DNA of 64,000 nt. Origin: Macrostomum lignano (Eukaryota). The stretch spans positions 62,001 through 126,000 of the forward strand of contig NIVC01002741.1 in the NCBI GenBank assembly GCA_002269645.1. The letters run 5' to 3'. The translations under genes and the position numbers were made by a program. Under the pieces are notes generated by a model. It had not been told where the DNA came from, searched no databases, and saw only the letters and a program-made list of their open reading frames with translations. Numbering within the stretch: the first letter of the stretch is position 1; the number at the start of each line of letters is the position of its first letter. Below, piece by piece: positions 49,801-62,755 of this stretch.

Positions 49801-52800
49801 AAGCAGATGGTTGGGAAACGTCGTTTCTTAGAAAGCATTTTAAAGGCTGGCATGCACTGTTTACATAGAAATGATATTTAAATTTGATAGCCCCAAAAAG
49901 AATTTTATATTTGCATGCAAAGCCGGCCGTCCAGAATGTTTTATAGGAAACGAAATCGCCCGTCCCTCTGCTTAAATCGGCCTTGCGTGCATTTGCTACA
50001 AGGCGGTTCAGTATACAAATGCTTTCTTACCGATGTACCACTGCGCACACACTGGGTCGGATTCGCACCTGTATTTATAGGCCTGTGCGCTCCGCCCGGG
50101 GCCACCGACTGTCTGCGTGAACAAGTCAGCTTGCTAATACATATTCATTGAGTTTTTATGCCAACTTAGGCGACTCTGGGGCCATCGGTTTGGAATTGAT
50201 TACGCACTGCTATTTTACACACTGTTTTTTAGCGTCTAGTTTGTACTTTATTGCCTAACTTCGGCTTTCACTTCCTGACTGCAGCCACATCAACAAGAAG
50301 ACTCAGTACGAGAGGCCCAGCGTGGCAACTCCTGCTGCTCAGGGCCTGCCGCAGTCCCGGTCTTTCACTAACGGCCTGGCGCAGCACGCTGTGGCCGCCA
50401 GTCAGAGACCGGCTGGGACCGCCTCTGCCACTGGTGAGGGCCATTTTGGGGTGTACCAGTGCCATGATTGGGTGTACCAGTGCCATGATTGGGTGTACCA
50501 GTGCCATGATTGAGTGTACTAGTGCCATGATTGAGTGTACTAGTGCCATGATTGAGTGTACTAGTGCCATGATTGGGTGTACTAGTGCCATGATTGGGTG
50601 TACTAGTGCCATGATTGGGTGTACCAGTGCCATGATTGGGTGTACCAGTGCCATGATTGGGTGTACCAGTGCCATGATTGAGTGTACTAGTGCCATGATT
50701 GAGTGTACTAGTGCCATGATTGAGTGTACTAGTGCCATGATTGGGTGTACTAGTGCCATGATTGGGTGTACTAGTGCCATGATTGAGTGTACTAGTGCCA
50801 TGACTGAGTGTACTAGTGCCATGATTGGGTGTACTAGTGCCATGATTGAGTGTACTAGTGCCATGATTGAGTGTACTAGTGCCATGATTGAGTGTACTAG
50901 TGCCATGATTGAGTGTACTAGTGCCATGATTGAGTGTACTAGTGCCATGATTGAGTGTACTAGTGCCATGATTGGGTGTACTAGTGCCATGATTGGGTGT
51001 ACTAGTGCCATGATTGAGTGTACTAGTGCCATGATTGGGTGTACCAGTGCCATGATTGGGTGTACTAGTGCCATGATTGGGTGTACTAGTGCCATGATTG
51101 GGTGTACTAGTGCCATGATTGAGTGTACTAGTGCCATGACTGAGTGTACTAGTGCCATGATTGGGTGTACTAGTGCCATGATTGAGTGTACTAGTGCCAT
51201 GATTGAGTGTACTAGTGCCATGATTGAGTGTACTAGTGCCATGATTGGGTGTACTAGTGCCATGACTGGGTGTACTAGTGCTATGATTGAGTGTACTAGT
51301 GCCATGATTGAGTGTACTAGTGCCATGACTGGGTGTACTAGTGCCATGATTGAGTGTACTAGTGCCATGATTGAGTGTACTAGTGCCATGATTGGGTGTA
51401 CTAGTGCCATGATTGGGTGTACTAGTGCCATGATTGGGTGAACTAGTGCCATGATTGAGTGTACTAGTGCCATGATTGAGTGTACTAGTGCTATGATTGA
51501 GTGTACTAGTGCCATGATTGAGTGTACTAGTGCCATGACTGGGTGTACTAGTGCTATGATTGAGTGTACTAGTGCCATGATTGAGTGTACTAGTGCCATG
51601 ACTGGGTGTACTAGTGCCATGATTGAGTGTACTAGTGCCATGATTGGGTGTACTAGTGCTATGATTGGGTGTACTAGTGCCATGATTGAGTGTACTAGTG
51701 CCATGATTGGGTGTACTAGTGCCATGATTGAGTGTACTAGTGCCATGATTGGGTGTACTAGTGCTATGATTGGGTGTACTAGTGCCATGATTGAGTGTAC
51801 TAGTGCCATGATTGGGTGTACTAGTGCTATGATTGGGTGTACTAGTGCCATGATTGAGTGTACTAGTGCCATGATTGGGTGTACTAGTGCTATGATTGGG
51901 TGTACTAGTGCCATGATTGGGTGTACTAGTGCCATGATTGGGTGTACTAGTGCCATGATTGGCCATTATTGGGCTGAGACAAAGCCCATTCCTAATTAAG
52001 CGGCATTACTCAACAATGATTGCGTTAAACAAAGTATAAGACACTCAATCGTTCAGTCATCTCCATAAGATGAAGCCTTACTGAGAGGCAGACTAAGCCG
52101 AATATTACACAGCTTCATCTGCTCTGCTTGTTGGCCGCCCTTTGCGATGCCCAATTTCAGTTTTATTGCCAACTGTCTCTCCCCCAGGGGTTCGGGTTGT
52201 AAATTCTTCTTAACTGCACAGCCTCCGGCTTCGATTTATTATTATAGAGATGAAGCTGGTCTCTGGGTGGTTTTTAGTGTGTGGGTTATTATGGTTGTAG
52301 TTATGGTCGAACCAGGTTGGTCTTGTCGTTATTTACAATCAAAGCGACCTAGAGTGTAAAAGATACCAACTGAAACCAGATGAAGACCATTCGATCCGCG
52401 AAAAAAATCCATTAATAAGTTACGCAGGTACACGAAATTCAATAACACTGATCAGCGCTTTTTACGCACCTTCTCAAACAAGAATCATCAAGTGGCCAGC
52501 CCTTCGGACCGTCGGGATATTCAACGATGTGTTCAAAGCCAACGATGCATCATCTGCAGGATATCCTCTATTAGCCTCTCAACCTCTCAGTCAACATGCT
52601 TTCTGGCTTTGAAAAAGCTTCATTATTCGGAAACAGAGCTCCAAAGTCGATTGGTGCCACTTTTTGAAGGTACCGACGGTGTCGGGGAGATACCTGATTA
52701 CTTGTCGAGGATTTCGAGTAGTTGAGCTTTTCCTACTGCGAAGGCTTGCTCTGCAAAACTCTCGACAGAGTTATGGTTAGTCACTGGGTGCTAACTGTTG

Positions 52801-55800
52801 AAGTTCCAGAAGCTACTCCTAGGTAAAGACCAGTGGCTGCCGAAGTCAGCTGATGCAGACATGCGATTGATGAGCTGATGAATTTTGAAGGCTTGCTCGG
52901 TGCCATTCGCGACAGGGTGTCCATAGTCACTGGGTGCTTTGTCCACAATAAGCTGGACTGAAATCTGGGTAGGGCGAAAATATGTGGCAAATTTAGATTG
53001 ATGCTGACCTTTTTGTTCTCTCTCTCTGGGTTATGGGAATTCGCGCACCAAGTTTGCCCCTGTCTGGTTTGTTTGTTTGCCCGTTACCTTCGTCTGTGGG
53101 CCAGGAATGCGGTAGGAAGACGGGCTGCCGGCCTTGGCAGCCTCTAATCTCTCTAATCGGATTGTCAAACTGGCGTTTCCTGGGCCAACAAGCCGGCAAC
53201 TCTGTGTACATTAGGCTTTTAAAAGTACATTAGGAAAGTTTTTATTGTCGGTTGGATTAGAGATCTAAACAATTACGAGGTCATTTGACCCCTCCTCAGG
53301 GTTCCGAGGTCATCTGACACCCCATCCAGGGTTCTGAGGTCATCTGAAACCCTATCCAAGGTTTTGGAGGTCATCTGACACCCTATCCAAGGTTTTGAAG
53401 TCATCTGACACCCTATCCAAGGTTTTGAGGTCATCTGACACCCTATCCAAGGTTTTGAGGTCATCTGACACCTTATCCAAGGTTCCGAGGTCATCTGACA
53501 CCCCATCCAGGGTTCTGAGGTCATCTGAAACCCTATTCAGGTTTCTGAGGTCGTCTGACACCCTATCCAAGGTTTTGAGGTCATCTGACACCCTATCCAA
53601 GGTTCTGAGGTCATCTGACACCCTATCCAAGCTTTTGAGGTCATCTGACACCCTATCCAAGGTTTTGAGGTCATCTGACACCCTATCCAAGGTTTTGAGG
53701 TCATCTGACACCCTATCCAAGGTTTTGAGGTCATCTGACACCCTATCAAAGGTTTTGAGGTCATCTGACACCCTATCCAAGGTTCTGAGGTCATCTGACA
53801 CCCTATCCAAGGTTTTGAGGTCATCTGACACCCTATCCAAGGTTCTGAGGTCATCTGACACCCTATCCAAGGTTCTGAGGTCATCTGACACCCTATCAAA
53901 GGTTTTGAGGTCATCTGACACCCTATCAAAGGCTCTGAGGTCATCTGACACTTCATCCAGGGTTCTTAGTCATTTGACACCCCATCCGGGATTCTGTGGT
54001 CATCTGACACCCCATCCAGGATTCTGTGGTCTGGTGGTCATCTGACACCCCATCCAGGATTCTGTGGTCATCTGATACCTCAGAGCTCCAAGGGCACCTG
54101 AACCCCCGGAGTTCTAAGGTTATATGACCATCCATATATCTGAGGTCATTCGTCCCCATAACTCAGAGCGCCAAGTTCATCTGAGGTCACCTAACTTAGC
54201 GAGTATGGGCAGTCAACTGATTAGTTATTTTTTTAACAGAAAACAACTATATCAGGATTAGCTATATTGTTCTCCGCTGTTAAAACCATTAGTTGGCTAC
54301 TGACAGTAGTCAAATCATGCCATGCAAATATGTCTTCAATGCTTGCAGCCTCGTCTAACCCGGCAGCATCGGGCAGGTCGATCCAGTTCCGCGGCATCCG
54401 CCAGGACCCGGGCATGTTCACCGCCAACCCCAGCCGCCTGGCCGGGGAGCTGCTGACGGTCCGGCTGGTTAAGTCGCCCGGCGGCCTCGGCATCACCATC
54501 GTGGGCGGCGGCGACCGCGCCAAGCCCGAGTTCCTGCAGGTCGCTTGGGCTGCCTGTTGCTGGGGGATGTTGCAGTCGCTTTTATCCCTTACTGTATTTT
54601 CATCGCATGGCTTGGTCACCCTTCGTCTGCATTTCATCCCATATCCCTATCATTTGTATTGATCCCAATTATCCCAATTATCCCAATCATCATTGATCCC
54701 GTATTATCCCAGTCATTAATAATCCCAATTATCCCAATCATCAATAATCCCAATTATCCAAATCATCAATGATCTCAATCATCCCAATTATCCCAATCAC
54801 CATTGATCCCATTTTATCCCAATCATCATTGATCCCAATTATCCCAATAATAATTAATACCAATTATCCCAATCATCATTGATCCCATTTTATCCCAGTC
54901 ATCATTGATCCCAATTATCCCAATAATAATTAATACCAATTATCCCAATCATCATTGATCCCATTTTATCCCAGTCATCATTGATCCCAATTTATCCTAA
55001 CTGTCATTGATCCTAATTATCCCAATTATCATTGACCCCAATTATCCCAATCATTCCTCGTATTTAATCCCAATTATCCCTTCTGTCATTGATTCGCATC
55101 ATCCCAACCGTCACTACTCCCCAACCTGCAGGTGAAGTCGCTAGTACCGGGCGGGCCAGCAGCCGAGGACGGGCGGCTGCAGAGCGGAGACGTGCTGGTG
55201 TACGTGAACGAGCAGCTGGTGCTGGGCGGCACTCACGAGGACTTGATCAGCCTGTTCCGGCAGATCGAGCCGGGCCAGCTGGTGACCCTGACGGTGAGCA
55301 CCGGCTACCGCCTGCCCGTGAGCGCCAGCGACCCCCGGGCCGAGGTCATCACGAAGGTGGCGGCGGCCCTGGACACCAACGGCGCCAGGTCGCAGCGCAG
55401 CTCGCACTCGGGCAGCTCCGGCCTCGGCAGTCCCGGACAGGCGGGTGCGGCTCTGGCCGGCATGTCCGGGATGTCCCTCGGCCGGGCAGAGCTGATCAAG
55501 GCGGTGATCAACCGCAGCGTGGCCGGGTTCGGCTTCACCATCGCCGACTCGCCTCAGGGCCAGCGGGTCCGACAGATTGTTGATGAGAGCCGCTGCCGCG
55601 GTCTACAGGTGAGGGCTGGACTGGCAACAGGCCCTGAAAAATCCCACGATATCCCCTAGGCCCTGCAAAATCCCACGATATCCCCTAGGCCCTGCAAAAT
55701 CCCATGATATCCCCTAGGCCCTGCAAAATCCCACGATATCCCCTAGGCCCTGCAAAATCCCACGATATCCCCTAGGCCCTGCAAAATCCCACGATATCCC

Positions 55801-58800
55801 CTAGGCCCTGCAAAATCCCATGATATCCCCTAGGCCCTGCAAAATCCCACGATATCCCCTAGGCCCTGCAAAATCCCACGATATCCCCTAGGCCCTGCAA
55901 AATCCTACGATATCCCCTAGGCCCTGCAAAATCCCATGATATCCCCTAGGCCCTGCAAAAATCCCACGATATCCCCTAGGCCCTGCAAAATCCAACGATA
56001 TCCCCTAGGCCCTGCAAAATCCCACGATATCCCCTAGGCCCTGCAAAAATCCCATGATATCCCCTAGGCCCTGCAAAATCCCACGATATCCCCTAGGCCC
56101 TGCAAAATCCCATGATATCCCCTAGGCCCTGCAAAATCCCACGATATCCCCTAGGCCCTGCAAAATCCCACGATATCCCCTAGGCCCTGCAAAATCCCAT
56201 GATATCCCCTAGGCCCTGCAAAATCCCACGATATCCCCTAGGCCCTGCAAAATCCCACGATATCCCCTAGGCCCTGCAAAATCCCATGTTATCCCCTAGG
56301 CCCATCGGAATCCCATGATATCCCCTAGGCCCTGCAAAATCCCACGATATCCCCTAGGCCCTGCAAAATCCCATGATATCCCCTAGGCCCATCAGAATCC
56401 CATGATATTCCAAAAGTCCTGCAATATCTCATTATATCCTCTAGGTCCTGCAAAATTCCATTATATCCCTATAGGCCCTGCAAAATCCAATTTTATCCCC
56501 TAGGTCTTGCAAAATCCCATTATATCCCCTAGGCCCTGCAAAATCCCATTATTTCCCCTAGGCCCTGCAAAATCCCATTATATCCCCTAGGCCCTGTGAA
56601 ATCCCTTGATATCCCATTGGGTTGCAAAATCCATTTTGGGTTGACTGATCCCAAATTTATCCCCTTACATTCTGAATCCCAACGCAGCCCGGCGACCTGC
56701 TGATCGAGGTGAACTCCCGCCGGGTCAAGGAGCTGCCCCACACAGACGTGGTTCGAATTCTCGCCGAGTGCCCCATCGGGCAGGACTGCAGCTTCCTACT
56801 GCAGCGGGGCAGCCTGCCGCAGGCCTCCGCGGCGGGGCCGCCCACCTTCCGGACTTCAGCGTCGCACAGCGGCGGCTTGGCGTCCTTGGCGGACTCAGCG
56901 ACTGCCGCTGTCGGCTTCGGGCACTCCAGCTTCCTGCCACGTGAGATCCCTTTGTTTGTGCCTTAGCAACAGCCCCATCGTGCCTGTTCTCCCCTAGGCA
57001 GTTCTCCTCCTAGCAACGCCCATTTCCCCTCAGCAACAACCGTTCTTCCCCTTAGCAACGCCCATTGTGCCTTAGCAACAACCGTTTTTCCCCTTAGCAA
57101 CGCCCATTGTCCCTTAGCAACAACCGTTTTTCCCCTTAGCAACGGCAGCCCCCGTCTGCCCTCAGCAGCGTCAGCGGGCAGCGGCCCGAGCAGCTCATCT
57201 GGTGGCGCAGCAATCTCGAATTTCTCTCGGCACGCGCCGCTCCGCTCGTCCCGGCCGGACACGGGCAGCTCCAGCGTGACGGTGACGGCCTACCCGCCGC
57301 CAGCCTACCCGCCGCCAGCCTCCTCCGCTGCATCGTCGGGCTCAACGGCTGGCACCGTCCCGCGCTTCCGCAGCCGGACGCCCGGCCCTGAGACCAGCCT
57401 CAGCGGTTCGGCCTTCGATGACCAGCAGCAGCAGCAGCAGCAGCCGGCGCGGCCCAGAACTCCTACCGGTCTGGTGGAGGGTCGCGGCTACCATCAGCAG
57501 CAGCAGGTGCAGCAGCTTCATCCGCAGCCTCCGTCAGCCTCAGCGGCCACGGCCGGCTACGGTTCGCTGGGCCGGCGGCCCCGGGCTGCAGCGGCTGCCG
57601 CGGCTCCGCAGTTCACCGTCACGCTGTTGCGCAATCAGCTGGGGCTGGGCATTCGGATACTGGGCGGCGCCGAGGAGGGGTCGCAGGTGAGACTCGGTAG
57701 TGAGATTCACTAAAAGCCACATGAGCGCCACACCAAGAGCCACATGAGCGCCACACCAAAAGCCACATGAGCGCCACACCAAGAGCCACATGAGCGCCAC
57801 ACCAAAAGCCACATGAGCGCCACACCAAGAGCCACATGAGCGCCACACCAAGAGCCACATGAGCGCCACACCAAAAGCCACATGAGCGCCACACCAAGAG
57901 CCACATGAGCGCCACACCAAGAGCCACATGAGCGCCACACCAAGAGCCACATGAGCGCCACACCAAGAGCCACACGAGCGCCACACCAGGAGCCACACGA
58001 GCGCCAACCCCCTCTCCCCTGCAGGTCACCATCGGCCAGCTGGTCCCGGGCTCAGCTGCCCACGCTGACGGCCGAATCCGTCCGGGCGACGAGATCGTCA
58101 GCGTCAACGGGACCCCCTGCGTGGCGGCCTCGCACCATCGGGTTGTGCAGCTGCTCGAGTCCGCCGGGCCCCGCGTAAGCCTCGGCCTTCGCCGCAACCC
58201 TGTCTTAATCGGAGACGCCGCCGCCCCCGTCTACCCGTACGACGTAACGCTGACGCGCCGGCAAGACGAAGGTTTCGGCATCGTGATCGTCAGCTCGGTG
58301 ACGCGGCCACCAGCTGGCAGCGGCGGCGGCGTGGTGCTGGGCGAATTCATCGGCCACATTATCGACGGGTCGCCGGCGTCCCGCTGCGACAAGCTGCGCC
58401 GCGGCGACCGCATCCTGGCCGTCAATGGCGTTGGAGCGGCCGGCGTCCATCATGAAGACATTGTCCGGATGGTGCGGGACAGCGGCCTGCAGGTGCGCCT
58501 CACCGTGGGGCCGCCTCTGCCCGGCCAGGCCGGCGCACCGCCTCCGGGCTTGATTGGCAGGTGAGCCGGGTGCACATTTGTTTTACCTCTATTCTATTCT
58601 CGGTTATTCCATCTCAGCATCCCTTTTGGATTCTCGCACTTAATTCTCCCAGCATCGTGCACTATTTTTCATCCCTATTTTTCCATCCCCATTCTCCTAA
58701 CCCCATTCATCCAACCCCATTCTCTCATACCCATTTTCCCAACCCCATTCTCCCATCCCCATTCTCCCATACCCATTCTTTCATCCCCATTCCCCCAACC

Positions 58801-59865
58801 CCATTCCCCCATACCCATTCTCTCATCCCCATTCTCCCATCACCATTCTCCCATCCCATTCTCTCATCCCTATTCTCCCAACCCCATTCATCCAACCCCA
58901 TTCTCTCATCCCCATTCCCCCAACCCCATTCTCCCATACCCATTCTCTCATCCCCATTCTCTCATCCCCATTCTCCCATCCCATTCTCTCATCCCTATTC
59001 TCCCAACCCCATTCATCCAACCCCATTCTCTCATCCCCATTCCCCCAACCCCATTCTCCCATACCCATTCTCTCATCCCCATTATCCCATCACCATTCTC
59101 CCATCCCATTCTCTCATCCCTATTCTCCCAACCCCATTCATCCAACCCCATTCTCTCATCTCCATTCCCCCAACCCCATTCTCCCATACCCATTCTCTCA
59201 TCCCCATTCTCCCATCACCATTCTCCCATCCCATTCTCTCATCCCTATTCTCCCAACCCCATTCATCCAACCCCATTCTCTCATCCCCATTCCCCCAACC
59301 CCATTCTCCCATACCCATTCTCTCATCCCCATTATCCCATCACCATTCTCCCATCCCATTCTCTCATCCCTATTCTCCCAACCCCATTCATCCAACCCCA
59401 TTCTCTCATCCCCATTCTCCCAACCCCATTCTCCCATTCCCATTCTCTCATCCCCATTCTCTAATCATTTCCCATCCCCATTCTTCCACTCTTTCCTTCC
59501 CCAATCGCAGGGCAGTGGCCGGGCCGGCCTCCCAGTCCAGCGGCTCCCCGGAGCCGGCCAGCGTCCCGGCGGTGCCCCCCGGCGGGCTGTTCACCGCGGT
59601 GCTGCACAAGACGGACAAAGGCTTCGGCTTCTCCATCCGCGGCGGCGCCGAGTTCAACCAGATGCCGTTCTACGTGTTGCGGATCGCCGAGGGCGGCGGC
59701 GCCCACCAGTCCGGCCGCCTGCGGGTCGGCGACGAGATCGTGTCCATCAACGACCGGCCGCTGGCGGGGATCACGCACACCGAGGCCATCCAGGTGATTC
59801 GGTCGGCCGGATCCACGCTGAAGCTGGTGTGCCGGAGACCCGTCTCTGCGGGGCCTGCGGACTAA
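46886..59865 (+). CDS. MAGI: MAGI-family inverted MAGUK (PDZ0-GuK-WW-PDZ1..5), ~1103 aa
   Basis: Exons 46886-47442, 47766-48038, 50285-50433, 54349-54539, 55132-55608, 56688-56940, 57166-57686, 58025-58560, 59511-59865 (3312 nt, phases consistent). LQNTIRENLYLRTVPVTTR...YGTPKP (GuK), [30 protein letters not shown] (WW), five downstream PDZs with GLGI/GFGF/GFGI loops. Confidence 0.95.
47488..47760. repeat. ~32-bp array in MAGI intron 1
   Basis: ggggtaatgttcacccatc(t/a)atccatgctccg units running into the acceptor. Confidence 0.92.
48405..49265. repeat. 30-bp minisatellite in MAGI intron 2
   Basis: tggcatctcagcaacccctcctgtgggcat, ~28 copies. Confidence 0.97.
49265..49360 (+). mobile_element. 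Possible tRNA-derived SINE head fragment
   Basis: Pol III B-box GGTTCGAGTCC at 49335-49345; no convincing tRNA cloverleaf. Confidence 0.3.
50448..51962. repeat. 21-bp minisatellite in MAGI intron 3
   Basis: tgtactagtgccatgattg(a/g)g, ~72 copies. Confidence 0.98.
53270..54085. repeat. 30-bp minisatellite in MAGI intron 3
   Basis: gaggtcatctgacaccctatccaaggtttt units. Confidence 0.95.
54655..55085. repeat. Degenerate ATCCCAATT-based array in MAGI intron 4
   Basis: atcccaattatcccaatcatcattg units. Confidence 0.9.
55628..56615. repeat. 29-bp minisatellite in MAGI intron 5
   Basis: cccctaggccctgcaaaatcccacgatat units. Confidence 0.97.
56960..57142. repeat. CTTAGCAAC-based array in MAGI intron 6
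   Basis: About 8 units containing c(c/t)tagcaac. Confidence 0.8.
57712..58005. repeat. 23-bp array in MAGI intron 7
   Basis: gagccacatgagcgccacaccaa units. Confidence 0.95.
58670..59480. repeat. CCCCATTCTC-based array with a 125-bp higher-order period in MAGI intron 8
   Basis: Antisense ORF stops fall at exact 125-nt intervals (58943 end, 59068, 59193, 59318, 59443), showing a 125-bp superunit. Confidence 0.92.
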
Positions 59866-59877
59866 TGGGGATTGCGG

Positions 59878-60750
59878 TTCACTGTGACTGTTCACCATTC
59901 ACTGTGACTGTTCACGGTTCACTGTGACTGTTCACGGTTCACTGTGACTGTTCACGGTTCACTGTAACTGTTCACTATTCATTGTGACTGTTCATGGTTC
60001 ACTGTGACTGTTCACTCACTGTGACTGTTCACGGTTCACTGTAACTGTTCACTATTCATTGTGACTGTTCATGGTTCACTGTGACTGTTCACGGTTCACT
60101 GTGACTGTTCACCGTTCACTGTGACTGTTCACTCACTGTGACTGTTCACCGTTCACTGTGACTGTTCATGGTTCACTGTGACTGTTCACTATTCACTGTG
60201 ACTGTTCACTATTCACTGTGACTGTTCATGGTTCACTGTGACTGTTCACGGTTCACTGTGACTGTTCACTATTCACTGTGACTGTTCACTATTCACTGTG
60301 ACTGTTCACGGTTCACTGTGACTGTTCACGGTTCACTGTGACTGTTCACGGTTCGCTGGGACTGTTCACGGTTCATTGTGACTGTTCACTGTTCACTGTG
60401 ACTATTCACTATTCACTGTGACTGTTCACTATTCACTGTGGCTGTTCACTATTCACTGTGACTGTTCACGGTTCACTGTGACAATTCACTGTGACTGTTC
60501 ACTATTCACTGTGACTGTTCACTATTCACTGTGACTGTTCACTGTTCACTCACTGTGACTGTTCACGGTTCACTGTGACTGTTCACTGTTCACTGTGACT
60601 GTTCACTATTCACTGTGACTGTTCACTGTGACTGTTCACGGTTCACTGTGACTGTTCACTGTTCACTGTGACTGTTCACTATTCACTGTGACTGTTCACT
60701 GTTCACTGTGACTGTTCACGGTTCACTGTGACTATTCACTGTTCACTGGG
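59878..60750. repeat. ~20-bp array immediately 3' of the MAGI stop
   Basis: ttcactgtgactgttcac(gg/ta/tg) units. Confidence 0.95.
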
Positions 60751-61709
60751 ACCAATCAAGTTTATTTGGGATAGTTTACGGTTCACAGGGATGATTCAAA
60801 GTTCACAGGGATGATTCAAAGTTCACTGAGATGGTTCAGTTTTATTAGCATTATTTACAGTTAGCTGGGATCATTCCAAGTTCACTGGGAACATTCACAC
60901 CGATTTCTGTCCCCAGAATCGCCCGACGCACCCAGTAAAGCCAGCTCTGTGGCGCCAGCGATCAGCTGACTGTATAAGTCCTGAGTTCGCGCTCACCGCT
61001 GTATTTTCGCACTTTGCTATTTTTTCCTTCGCTTTCAAAATCGGCCGCACTCGAATCGAGTTCTGCGCGCTTCTGGTTCGGGACCACGGAGTCAGCGGGC
61101 CCGCTTTTTGCCTTCGAATTTCTGTAGTTCCGCGTCTTCTTTTTTGCTGATGCCCAAGTTTCTCACTGAACATAGCCGATGTTGATGATGAATTATGAAA
61201 TGCTGAGTTATTATTATTTATTGGACCATCAGTTTTCTCATTGGTGCAATTTTTGTTACTGGCTGTCAATTGAGTTTGCGCTGAGCGCTTCGGGCGCTGC
61301 TGATGGGGCAGCCCTACCTGTGTAAAATAGTTTTTGTACCTGTCAGTTGCGCATATCAGTAAGTTTCAAATGTACTTTATTGATTGCGCTCTGGATTAAT
61401 TTAATCACACATATTACTTCTCCTACTCTGTACTCAAATATCTCAGTTAATCTCGCTGATGTATCGCCTGTATTAAACTTTTTGATTTCACGGGGCGGCT
61501 ACGAGCGTATGTAAACTCATAAATAAATCCCTTTTATAAGCTTTAATCGTTGCTGATTGTTCATGTTAATATCGTATTTCAAATTTGATTAAATCATGTG
61601 TCAGCTTGGCTCATACTGTGCTGGATTGTTTTTTATGCTTTTTAACACTTTATTTAGGCTAATGGAGTTTGCAGTTTTAGACTTCAGCGAAAAAGAGAAG
61701 CTGAGTGAG

Positions 61710-61965
61710 CGTTGATGAGGCGCCAGTTTGGCATTGATGAGGCGCCAGTTTGGCATTGATGAGGCGCCAGTTTGGGCATTGATGAGGCGCCAGTTTCGGC
61801 ATTGATGAGGCGTCAGTTTGGGCATTGATGAGGCGCCAGTTTGGTATTGATGAGGCGCCAGTTTGGGCATTGATGAGGCGCCAGTTTGAGGATTGATGAG
61901 GCGCCAGTTTAAGCATTGATGAGGCGCCAGTTTAAGAATTGATGAGGCGCCAGTTTGAGCATTGA
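61710..61965. repeat. 21/22-bp array
   Basis: cattgatgaggcgccagtttgg(g) units. Confidence 0.92.
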
Positions 61966-61989
61966 TGATATACACTGCCAAACCATAAG

Positions 61990-62230
61990 GGTTGTAGCCT
62001 TGTTTAGAGCATCGGACTCACAACCTACTCGGAACCATTTGTGTCCTGAGCAAGACACCTAACTCTGCATTGCAATTCAGTTCACGCAGCTGTAAAATGT
62101 GTACCAGCATTAGCTGGGGTAATTGAGGGTTGTGGCGCCCCCCCCCCTACCCCCAAGTCCTTGCACTGAACAGCCGTACGCAGCCTTCAGATAGCTACGA
62201 CCGAGCGGTGGGATGCACATCTGACCATTA
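61990..62230 (+). mobile_element. Probable SINE remnant
   Basis: gtgtcctgagcaagacacctaac ... cagctgtaaaatgtgtacc resembles the conserved central domain of widespread invertebrate tRNA-derived SINEs; head degenerate. Confidence 0.4.
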
Positions 62231-62755
62231 GTAATTAGTCATATTAATCTTATTTACTCCGCCACCGAAGATGTCGACACCAGGAGCGACTCTGCCGCTG
62301 TACAACTATAAATAACGCAGATGTGGATAATATGTATAAATACTGTATAAAAAACTATAAATATGAGCAATCACTGCCTTTACGCCTTATACCTACTTAA
62401 ATTCACCCAGTTTTCCCACCCTAGTTCACCCACCCAGCATGATCACCCCAGTTCTACCCCGCAGCTCACGGACGCAGTGCTTTCCATTTAAATTTGAGCA
62501 CTAAGCTGCTGTCAGTACTTTGTTGGTATTTGGGCGCGACTGGATCAGCTTAATGCAACTTGGATGTCGGCCACAGACAACAACTTTTAACACCAAGATG
62601 GCTTCTTTTCTCTGCATATGTGTAGCATTGAGTAAAAACCCTCCATGATGTGTAGCGTTTAGCTGACGACAGACTTAGCAGACGACAGAAGCCAGTGATT
62701 TTCCCAACAACTTTCACAACTGCAGAGACTTTACCAGCCGTCAAATCTGCAGAAA

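Noticed and set aside
50251-51999. Long periodic ORFs in MAGI introns (also 48283-49359, 53352-54045, 58561-59480) and at 8171-9199, 30442-31839, 3635-4732
   Set aside because: All are translations of minisatellites lacking stop codons.
60895-61269. 124 aa minus-strand ORF downstream of MAGI
   Set aside because: TTG start, no domain, no splice or promoter support.
8355-61965. CRISPR-like arrays
   Set aside because: Units are head-to-tail with no unique spacers, there are no cas genes, and the DNA is eukaryotic.
12250-61965. Frequent 6-10 bp palindromes within repeat units (CAGGCCTG, CAGATCTG, GGGAATTCCC, ACTAGT, CCTAGG, ATCGAT)
   Set aside because: A rough expectation of about one 6-bp palindrome per three random 25-mers explains the number seen; a shuffling test would be needed to claim enrichment.
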